A stretch of DNA of 48,472 nt, taken from the IMG/VR virus record IMGVR_UViG_3300044512_004270, positions 1-48,472 of that record; one strand, 5' to 3'. A program made the position numbers and the translations under genes. Under the pieces are notes generated by a model. That model was not told the origin of the DNA, did no database searches, and worked only from the letters and a program-made list of their open reading frames with translations. This document shows, piece by piece, positions 38,757 to 45,777 of the stretch (position 1 is the stretch's first letter; every line of letters starts with the position of its first letter). Origin of the DNA: a virus. Its lineage: Duplodnaviria; Caudoviricetes.

Positions 38757-38790
38757 ATTATATCACAAGATTGTTACAATTTTATGAAAA
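38757..38790 (-). promoter_or_regulatory. Pho-box-type promoter of porin gene
   Basis: Minus strand TTTTCAT-AAAA-TTGTAAC, then 10 nt, then TATAAT; no TTGACA at -35. Confidence 0.6.
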
Positions 38791-38852
38791 CACCGTTTAA
38801 AGTTTTTGCAATTTTTCCCAAGTGGTACGTGTGGGGGAGCGCGGCCGCGCTA

Positions 38853-38871
38853 AATGAGAATGAGTCTCATT
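38853..38871. promoter_or_regulatory. Fur-box-like inverted repeat
   Basis: AATGAGAATGAGTCTCATT versus AATGATAATnATTATCATT. Confidence 0.5.
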
Positions 38872-38999
38872 ACCGCCCCCCTATACAGCAAGCAGGCCTG
38901 GCGGGCAAGCATTTTTTGTGAATTATTTACAATTATTTTTCTGTACATCATGGCCCAGGATGGGTTACAATGCTTGCATTAAATAGAGAGGCGCTTGCC

Positions 39000-39104
39000 A
39001 TGACTGCACTGCAAATTTTTATCTTTCTCGGACTCGCGGCACCCGCGCTAATCGTTATTGCGTGGGGCATTTGGGATCAACGACCGAGCGCGCGAAAATG
39101 GTAA
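39000..39104 (+). CDS. 34-aa single-TM peptide
   Basis: Manual: MTALQIFIFLGLAAPALIVIAWGIWDQRPSARKW; GAGAGG RBS; upstream TGTACA-18-TACAAT. Confidence 0.65.
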   Translation: MTALQIFIFLGLAAPALIVIAWGIWDQRPSARKW

Positions 39105-39202
39105 TATTTCACAAAAAAATGTTTGGACTTTCTCGGCAAACTGTGAGACAATTCATTTCAAGGTTGAGCGATGGGCGCTCGACTTCAACAAAAGGAGGCT
39201 CT

Positions 39203-39514
39203 ATGCCTTACACTGAAAAGCAGGTCGCGGCACTGCAAAATGCCGCCAAGCAATACGGCACACTGAACGGCACTCTCGCCGGTCAGCTTGCTGACGAGCT
39301 TGGTCAATCCAAGCGTAGCGTGATCGCTAAAATCAAGTCGCTTGGGCTTGACTACGCGGTCGCCAAAAAGCCCATCAAGGGCACTCGCGCCACTAGCAAG
39401 GCCGACTATGTTGCGGCCATCGCTAAGGCGCTGGATGCTGACGCATCCACCCTTGACGGTTTAGAGAAAGCGACTGCGCTTTCTCTTTCTGGCTTGCTTG
39501 CGGCTATCCAATGA
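39203..39514 (+). CDS. T5 A2-like DNA-binding protein
   Basis: Start ATG 39203 after AAGGAGG; YTEKQ..LADELGQSKRSVIAKI..SKADYVAAIA..LDGLEKA follows the A2/D5 pattern; upstream TGGACT-17-GACAAT. Confidence 0.8.
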   Translation: MPYTEKQVAALQNAAKQYGTLNGTLAGQLADELGQSKRSVIAKIKSLGLDYAVAKKPIKGTRATSKADYVAAIAKALDADASTLDGLEKATALSLSGLLAAIQ

Positions 39515-39711
39515 TAGTCGCGCTTGCCGCTTGGATCGGAGCCGCTTGCATGATGGCGGCTCCTTTCATCATCGACACAAACGCAGGAAAATATCTTGCC
39601 ATTGTCGGACTGGCATTATTAACATTGCAAGCGATTGCAAATAAATGCTACAATCTGGTTTTACTTAACATTGTCGGCATTGGAGGATATTTCTATGCGC
39701 TTTATCTATGA
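39511..39711 (+). CDS. Small multi-TM membrane protein
   Basis: Hydrophobic 66 aa; ATGA overlap. Confidence 0.7.
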   Translation: MIVALAAWIGAACMMAAPFIIDTNAGKYLAIVGLALLTLQAIANKCYNLVLLNIVGIGGYFYALYL

Positions 39712-40165
39712 TTTAGATCACACTGTGATCGACTCTCGCCATCGTCAAGCTACCTTGCCAAATGGTGATCTTGACCTTGACCATTGGATCGAAAACAATA
39801 CGCCCGAAAAAATTGCGCGTGACAAATTGCTACCGCTTGCGGGGCACTGGATTCGACAGCGTGAGCGCGGCGCGGAGATCGTCGTCTGCACTGCCCGCGT
39901 TATGGGTGAGGCTGACTATCGCTTTTTAGCGGATCACGGGTTGGTTTGGGACGCTATGCTATCCCGCAAGGAAGGCGACCGCACCCCTGATGCGGAGCTA
40001 AAACTGCGAGCACTGCGAAACTATGCGGCTACAAAAACGCACTCATGGCGGCGGTTTTGTATGTTCAGCATAATGATGGATGACAATAAAAATGTCATAA
40101 ATTTGTTGACTCGCGCGGGTTTGCGGGTTTATAATGCACTGGAACTTAACGCGAGGGCGGCATGA
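39695..40165 (+). CDS. dmp: HAD-family deoxynucleoside-5'-monophosphatase (T5 dmp-like)
   Basis: Start 39695 after GGAGG; IYDLDHTVIDSRHR..NGDLDL..DKLLPL..VCTAR.M..DY..MMDDN. Confidence 0.8.
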   Translation: MRFIYDLDHTVIDSRHRQATLPNGDLDLDHWIENNTPEKIARDKLLPLAGHWIRQRERGAEIVVCTARVMGEADYRFLADHGLVWDAMLSRKEGDRTPDAELKLRALRNYAATKTHSWRRFCMFSIMMDDNKNVINLLTRAGLRVYNALELNARAA

Positions 40166-40674
40166 TGATTATTCGATCCACTGACTCAATTCCAGAGATC
40201 ACCCCGATTTCTGGCATGGCTTGGCACTACGTTTGGGAATTGCTCGAATTTGGTGTTTTCAAAAACGGCTACGCTCGTCACGCTTACAAGAATGGCAAGC
40301 ATGGCGGCATCGAGCGCGTTCGCTGGTGTTTGCAAGATTGCGAGACCGCTTTCGGTTACAATCGCGGCGAATTACACGCTCGCATCTGGCGTATGCGCCT
40401 CGGCGATAACGAAACCGTGTTAGCGGCAGAGCAATTCGTTCACTCACGCGAAGCGAATCGCGAAGACAAAGCGATGCTCTACGACAAGCGTTGGCTTGAC
40501 GTTGGCGGCAAAAGTGAATTCTACTTTTGCGACCAAAAAACTGCGCTGACTCGTTTTGCCAATTCGTACCGCAAGACCAATTTGGCAATCGGTGCGGCGG
40601 TGCGCGATCACAAACGCGCGAAGGGGATTCACGGTTGCCCCTATCCTGTAGATTATGCGGAGGTTTTAGCGTGA
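40162..40674 (+). CDS. Hypothetical protein, possibly T5orf172/GIY-YIG-like
   Basis: HYV..GVFKNG..R..LAAEQFVH..GGKSEFYF; promoter TTGACT-18-TATAAT at 40106-40135. Confidence 0.5.
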   Translation: MMIIRSTDSIPEITPISGMAWHYVWELLEFGVFKNGYARHAYKNGKHGGIERVRWCLQDCETAFGYNRGELHARIWRMRLGDNETVLAAEQFVHSREANREDKAMLYDKRWLDVGGKSEFYFCDQKTALTRFANSYRKTNLAIGAAVRDHKRAKGIHGCPYPVDYAEVLA

Positions 40675-41270
40675 AAAAACTGCAAGCGAAACTCAACCGG
40701 CTCGCGGAGAATCTCTCCGCTCCGGTTGCGGTAATCTTAGAAGGGCGCGATACTGCTGGAAAATCCTCGACCATTCGGGAATTGACTCACTACCTACCGC
40801 CCGACTTTTACAGCGTTTGCCTTTCTCACAAACCTAGCAAGGCGGCAATGAAAAGCTGGCTGGCGCACTGGCAAACCAAACTACCAAAGCAAAATCAAAT
40901 TGTGTTTTTTGATCGCTCTTGGTATTCTCGCGCAATGGTGCAACATCTCAACGGATGGTGCACTCCGAAGCAATATGATATTTTTATGCGCGACCATAAA
41001 AACTGGGAAGCCAGCCAGCCGGTGCGGTTGATTAAATTCTGGCTTTCAATTTCGGAAGATGAACAAAAACGCCGAATCGAATTGCGCAAAAATTCTCCGC
41101 TGACATATTGGAAATTTTCGCCCAACGATGAAAACGCGCTTTCACACTATGACAGAATGAGCATTTTAAAAGAGCGCGTTATTGATTCCGATTGGCATAC
41201 AATTAATTTCGAAAATAAACGCGCGGGAATTAAAAAATTGCTTGACACATTATGCCGCGAGCTGGCATAA
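40671..41270 (+). CDS. ppk2: Polyphosphate kinase 2
   Basis: GTG start after GCGGAGG; Walker A EGRDTAGKS, FFDRSWYSR, LIKFWLSIS.DEQ.RR..R..SPL..WKFSP.D. Confidence 0.92.
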   Translation: MKKLQAKLNRLAENLSAPVAVILEGRDTAGKSSTIRELTHYLPPDFYSVCLSHKPSKAAMKSWLAHWQTKLPKQNQIVFFDRSWYSRAMVQHLNGWCTPKQYDIFMRDHKNWEASQPVRLIKFWLSISEDEQKRRIELRKNSPLTYWKFSPNDENALSHYDRMSILKERVIDSDWHTINFENKRAGIKKLLDTLCRELA

Positions 41271-41316
41271 TGTTTTTATTGATTAGGGGATTGGCCCCAT
41301 TTAAGGAGAGCGAAAA

Positions 41317-41487
41317 ATGTCACACCATGTAAACGAAGCCAACGCTGAAGCCTGCTACGAAGAAGCCTACGAAGCGGCTTACGCTTTTTTTCCAGAAGCC
41401 GACTGGGACACTCCCGCTTTTGACGCGTGGGTTAACTGGAAAACTGACCAGCTTTTAGAGGAGCTTCCGCCTTGCCCTTACGGCTAG
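41317..41487 (+). CDS. 56-aa acidic protein
   Basis: Manual: MSHHVNEANAEACYEEAYEAAYAFFPEADWDTPAFDAWVNWKTDQLLEELPPCPYG; AAGGAG RBS; promoter TTGACA-18-CATAAT at 41242-41271. Confidence 0.75.
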   Translation: MSHHVNEANAEACYEEAYEAAYAFFPEADWDTPAFDAWVNWKTDQLLEELPPCPYG

Positions 41488-41527
41488 GGCAAGCCGGGCC
41501 ACGACCCTACCTGCCTTCGGCCAGGAC

Positions 41528-42040
41528 CAAGCGACCAAGCGGTCGCTTGACAAATTTGGCGCGCCCGCGCCAGTAGTAGTGCGACGACGATTTGTTTTTG
41601 GTGGTACCTGCGCCATTATAAGTGCGCGACCGAAGAATGTCAAGTCTTTTTTGCGGGTGCGGACCAAATTATTTTAATTTGTTTTGGTCTTGTAAAAAGC
41701 GCGGCGCCGATTATAGTACAGTACCGATGCGATGTCAAGTACTTTTTGCACAATTGCCCAAAATAATTCGACGCGCAAGTCTCTTAGACCCCGTGCCCAC
41801 CCTGGTATTATATCATGACCCAGGCGGGGTTGTCAAGGGTTTTTTCGATTCGGCCTGGAATTTGCGCCAAGTTATTCGACCCCGAGGCGGCGCCGATTAT
41901 ACAGTAGTATTGCGACGATGTCAAGTACTTTTTGGGGTAATTCTGCATAATTTTTGATATTGTAGTCTGTGCGGGGTTGTGGTAAGATAAATCACGAAAA
42001 TTTTGGACAATTTGACAAAATAATTCTTGACACGATGAGG
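41528..42040 (-). repeat. Gene-free repeat/promoter array (injection-stop-signal-like)
   Basis: Four minus-strand TTGACA-17/18-TATAAT units (41615-41643, 41710-41738, 41807-41836, 41896-41924); GCGGCGCCGATTATA...CGATGTCAAGTACTTTTTG occurs twice; hairpins at 41528-41549 and 41557-41572. Confidence 0.75.
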
Positions 42041-42205
42041 TCGTATGCGGCCCCGCGGAATTCGTTTGCGTTAAAGTGCCGAGTATTCCGGAAAAGTTAT
42101 AAGTACCCCCGTGATGCACGAAGTTTAAAATACCATCTTAAAAATATTACTTGACTTTGGGGGTATTTTGGGGGTATAATATATAAGTATGAAATGGAGG
42201 ATTTT

Positions 42206-42859
42206 ATGAAACTATACGAACAAAAAGACTTAAAAACAAAAGAGCTAGTAAAAAAATACCCAAGTTATCGAGAGTATAAGACTAATGGAGCTAAAGAAGG
42301 AGGCTGGGGTATGACTTCTATTGAGCGAAGGTATGGTAGTTGGAATGCTTATAAGCAGAGTATAGGGGAAGAAATAAAAGTAGCAAACTCTGAGATTAGA
42401 GAATATACTGTTGAAGAATTAATAGAGGAGGTTAAGAAATACAAAATATTAGATACAATGAGAGAAGCTAAAGCAAACGGTATATCAACTCCCAGCGAAG
42501 CACAAATAAGAAAGGCTTTTGGAAATTGGAGAAACGCAAGAGTTGCTGCAGGCTTACCTTGTATAGCTACTACTTTCGATGAAGAAGTAGAAACACTTGT
42601 ATACTTAATATGGTTTATAGAAGATGATATATTTAAAGTAGGAATAACCCAAAAAACCCTACAAGAAAGAGGAAGGGGCTGGCCTGAGTATTATGTAGTG
42701 GATTGTATTAGTACTTCTGCTCAGGCTGCTTTATCTTTGGAGAAAAGAGTATTGGAAAAATTTTACAGCACTAAAATTTATTATGACAAGATAGAAGGAA
42801 ACGGCGCAACAGAATGTTTTAAGTATAACGACATTCCCTCCTTAGTTTCTCTTGACTAA
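42206..42859 (+). CDS. Putative homing endonuclease (FG.W repeats + GIY-YIG/T5orf172-like domain)
   Basis: RRYGSWNAY and KAFGNWRNARVAAGL repeats; VYLI..FKVGIT..R..LEK..G.TECF; AT-rich; promoter TTGACT-18-TATAAT at 42151-42180. Confidence 0.7.
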   Translation: MKLYEQKDLKTKELVKKYPSYREYKTNGAKEGGWGMTSIERRYGSWNAYKQSIGEEIKVANSEIREYTVEELIEEVKKYKILDTMREAKANGISTPSEAQIRKAFGNWRNARVAAGLPCIATTFDEEVETLVYLIWFIEDDIFKVGITQKTLQERGRGWPEYYVVDCISTSAQAALSLEKRVLEKFYSTKIYYDKIEGNGATECFKYNDIPSLVSLD

Positions 42860-42936
42860 CCTGGCGACCAATCCGGAAAAAGTTCTTGACAACTTGCCCA
42901 AGGTTTAGTATAATATGTACCTAAATCGGAGAACCT

Positions 42937-43377
42937 ATGGATTACAAAGTAAGAATCAAAGCCAAAGCTACTTGGACAAAAGCTAAACGCCAATTGTTCT
43001 GGGACGCGCTTCACTTCGCTCACATCTACTTGGATTTTTGCAAGATGAAAGGTATTGGTAGGGTTGATTTTCATCTTACCGGAGACCCTTATGCCCCAGG
43101 CTCGTGCATTGATGCTGACGATAAGTATATCGTACATATTAGTGGTGCTCAAACGGAAGATGAAATAGTAGAAACACTATTTCACGAACTAACTCACGTT
43201 AAGCAATACGAAGATGGTCATTTACAAGACATCGACGAAGATGTAGTATATTGGCTAGGTAATTACTACCGAGGTGACTTTCAGGATACCTTTAGTAAAA
43301 CATACTGGAACGCGCCTTGGGAAGTAGAAGCTAGGGATACCGCAGAATACCTTACAAATAAATACTACCAAAGTTAA
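42937..43377 (+). CDS. Putative Zn metallopeptidase
   Basis: TLFHELTHVKQY..YWNAPWEVEA; promoter TTGACA-17-TATAAT at 42886-42914. Confidence 0.75.
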   Translation: MDYKVRIKAKATWTKAKRQLFWDALHFAHIYLDFCKMKGIGRVDFHLTGDPYAPGSCIDADDKYIVHISGAQTEDEIVETLFHELTHVKQYEDGHLQDIDEDVVYWLGNYYRGDFQDTFSKTYWNAPWEVEARDTAEYLTNKYYQS

Positions 43378-43459
43378 AAAAGTTGTTGACAAGATGCTAA
43401 AACTGTTCTATAATATATTTTCAAAAGTTGGGAAACAAACATTTTCGGGAGAAAAATTT

Positions 43460-43780
43460 ATGTCTGATACTACTAAAGTTGTAAACTACACTGACGAAAT
43501 GGTTGAAGCTATCCGTTCTGAGTACGAAGCTGCTCCTGTTCGCGCTACTGTAGACGCCCTTGCTGCTCGTTTCGGCAAGACCCCTCGCTCTATCATCGCC
43601 AAGTTGTCTACTCTCGGTATCTACCAAGCTCCGGCTCGTGTTACCAAGACTGGCAAGCCTGTCGTCAAGAAGGAAGCTCTGGTCGCTGAGATCGTTGCTA
43701 CCATCGGTGTTGAGCTGCCTTCTCTGGTCAAGGCTAACAAGCAAGACCTCGAAGCACTTGTTTCAGCTCTTAAGGGCTGA
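43460..43780 (+). CDS. A2/D5-like DNA-binding protein (paralog 2)
   Basis: NYTDEM..TVDALAARFGKTPRSIIAKLS.LGIY..KTGKPVVKKEALV; promoter at 43386-43414; high-expression codon bias. Confidence 0.8.
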   Translation: MSDTTKVVNYTDEMVEAIRSEYEAAPVRATVDALAARFGKTPRSIIAKLSTLGIYQAPARVTKTGKPVVKKEALVAEIVATIGVELPSLVKANKQDLEALVSALKG

Positions 43781-43864
43781 TTCATTCCCCAGGAGGTAGC
43801 CCATCTGCCTCCTTTTTCTTTTGTAAGTGCATTTGCTAAGTGTGCTTTCAAAAGGAGACTAACC

Positions 43865-44128
43865 ATGAAAGATAATTTTGTTGCTAAAAACGCACACAAG
43901 TTCAACCGTGCGAACGTCATGGTTGACCGCAAAAAAGCTGCTAAAAAGTCTGGGTACAAGCAAGACCAGGCCTGGCATTCTTTAGGTGAGTATGAACATA
44001 GTGTCATACTTGAATATTACGAAGCAAGTAATTGGGCTGGCTTACAGGCATACTGTACTTGTGTACTGCATCTAACCCCCGGTCAGTACCAGAGCTTGCT
44101 TCAGAGCTTACATGATGGAGTATCATAA
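43865..44128 (+). CDS. Hypothetical protein
   Basis: AAGGAG RBS; NFVAKNAHKFNRA..DRKK motif. Confidence 0.75.
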   Translation: MKDNFVAKNAHKFNRANVMVDRKKAAKKSGYKQDQAWHSLGEYEHSVILEYYEASNWAGLQAYCTCVLHLTPGQYQSLLQSLHDGVS

Positions 44129-44334
44129 TGGATGAGATGAAAATAGAAGGTGTTCAACTGACTTTCGCCCATAATGGCGTGATTGTTGAATTTGATGGTA
44201 GAAATGCTACTGGGGATTGGTGTAAACGCAAAGAAGTATTCCCCACCTTTATCAGTGCACTAGATCGTGCACAGATTGTATGGCAGTCAAGATTCGACGG
44301 AAGTGCTTTTCAGGATATTGACGTAGACCAATAA
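44128..44334 (+). CDS. Hypothetical protein
   Basis: TAATG coupling; GGAG RBS. Confidence 0.7.
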   Translation: MDEMKIEGVQLTFAHNGVIVEFDGRNATGDWCKRKEVFPTFISALDRAQIVWQSRFDGSAFQDIDVDQ

Positions 44335-44345
44335 AAAAATAATTC

Positions 44346-44374
44346 TTGACTTTTGTTGGTTGTTTTAGTATAAT
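44346..44374 (+). promoter_or_regulatory. sigma70 promoter of putative large ncRNA
   Basis: TTGACT-17nt-TATAAT with an A-tract upstream. Confidence 0.85.
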
Positions 44375-44380
44375 ATTTAT

Positions 44381-44999
44381 TCAAATTGAGGGAAGCCACG
44401 GACGCAAGCAACAGCCACCGTTGCATACTAGCGATAAGGCAGTAAAGATCCCAGTGAAAGTTCGATGCCGATCTGGAGCCCTCACCCTAATTTTTGTAAG
44501 CCGTCATGCTTACAACCTAACACTCGTTGACCCACACCGCGACGGTGGTGATTGTGGCATCGGTGTAGTGCTAATGCGGGAAGGCAAAGCACTTTAAAAA
44601 GTACCTTCCTAGTCTTTGTGCCACTTACAAGCACTTCCCTTAGCTGAGGGACGAATATCAGTTTCCTCCTACGCCGAGAGGTAAGTCGGTGTCCAATGCG
44701 ACTTGGATTGTTCGCTCCAGTTTTGTTGAACAGCAATTCTTTACTGGATTCAAAAAAGAACAGGCGGCCAGTGTAAGTTCCATGGGTTACGCTGGGGTAG
44801 GAAGAGGAAGGATCCTACCATTTAACTATAGGAGGAAGTCCTGTAAGTAGCAAATCGCGATAGAGCGTCGAAAACTCTCATGGCTACTTTAAGGCACTAT
44901 AGGGTCTACCTACTTAGACCCGCAAAGGAAGTAGGGGGTTGGTAAACCAATAAAAACTACCATCAAAATCCCTGCACAGCAATGTGTGGGGATTTTTTT
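44381..44999 (+). ncRNA. Putative large structured non-coding RNA (about 600 nt, family unassigned)
   Basis: Bounded by promoter and terminator; no RBS-led ORF; more than 12 helices including long-range and pseudoknot pairings. Confidence 0.75.
44965..44999 (+). terminator. Rho-independent terminator
   Basis: AAAATCCCTGCACA-GCAA-TGTGTGGGGATTTTTTT. Confidence 0.88.
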
Positions 45000-45118
45000 A
45001 TGCGTGTAGAAAATAGTTCTTGACTTTTTTCTCAAAGTATGAGAGAATACACAAGATAGTAAATTTAGGGAGAAAATTTTATGCTGAAATACGCAATGTA
45101 CCCAACAGGAGACCTACC

Positions 45119-45469
45119 ATGGGACAAGTAATTGATTTTACCTCTCGAAAGAGAACTCCTAAAGACCCAGAGACTCGTGCTATTATGGATAGGTTGCACA
45201 TGCTCCAGGAGACTTTGCAAGATATATGGAGCCATATAGACGATGGGTATGCTAACCTAAATCTAATGGAAGAGGAGTGTGGTAAAGTAGAGAAGTTCTA
45301 TGACGAAGTAGTCCTGGAACTTGCAAAACGAATCGGGGGTGAGAATATCCCAGTGGAGTTTTTAAACTATTCCAAAAATGTAGTACCTGAGCTACAATCG
45401 GACGGCACCTATACAATGGTTATAAAGGAGCCAGAACTAGAAATTATTTTTACACCGGATGAGGACTAA
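45119..45469 (+). CDS. Hypothetical protein
   Basis: ATG 45119 after AGGAGA (MGQVIDF...); promoter TTGACT-17-GAGAAT at 45020-45048. Confidence 0.75.
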   Translation: MGQVIDFTSRKRTPKDPETRAIMDRLHMLQETLQDIWSHIDDGYANLNLMEEECGKVEKFYDEVVLELAKRIGGENIPVEFLNYSKNVVPELQSDGTYTMVIKEPELEIIFTPDED

Positions 45470-45777
45470 TGAATTACACAAAAGATCAAACTGAGTACAT
45501 GATTGAAAAATATAAAACCAACCCTTCTAGGGATACAGTAGAGGAACTAGCGAATGAATTCAGTAAGAGTGTCAAATCAGTTATCGGCAAACTCTCACGC
45601 GAAGGCGTATATCGCCGCGAGGTATATAAAACAAAGACTGGCGAGAACCCTGTTACAAAAGTGGAGATCGTTGCAAATATTGCTGATTCGCTTGGACTCG
45701 AAAGTGACTCTCTGGCGGGTCTCGAGAAAGCTCCAAAGTCAACTCTTAAAACAATCGAGAGAGTACTATCAGAGTGA
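45469..45777 (+). CDS. A2/D5-like DNA-binding protein (paralog 3)
   Basis: NYTKDQT..TVEELANEFSKSVKSVIGKLSREGVY..KTGENPVTKVEIV..LAGLEKAPK. Confidence 0.8.
   Translation: MNYTKDQTEYMIEKYKTNPSRDTVEELANEFSKSVKSVIGKLSREGVYRREVYKTKTGENPVTKVEIVANIADSLGLESDSLAGLEKAPKSTLKTIERVLSE

Noticed and set aside
1129-38921. Numerous plus-strand and alternative-frame short ORFs in the late region
   Set aside because: They are shadows of well-supported minus-strand genes and lack initiation signals.
40527-40670. N-terminal extension of the PPK2 ORF
   Set aside because: It overlaps the upstream gene; GTG at 40671 has an SD and a GTGA overlap.
41600-41940. Repeat tract as a CRISPR array
   Set aside because: The units are degenerate promoter elements rather than identical repeats with unique spacers, and no cas genes are present.
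41455-42154. ORF-track calls 41455..41667, 41622..41957, 41808..42119, 41969..42154
   Set aside because: They overlap each other, lack an RBS, and translate the promoter repeats.
44346-44736. ORF-track calls 44346..44597 (+) and 44482..44736 (-)
   Set aside because: The first begins at the TTG of the -35 box. Neither has an RBS or phage-like composition. Both overlie the structured RNA.
44381-44999. tRNA cluster, tmRNA, RNase P RNA or group I intron
   Set aside because: I found no cloverleaf with T-loop and acceptor stem, no tag reading frame, no RNase P P4 consensus and no interrupted host gene. An Rfam search is still needed to exclude them formally.
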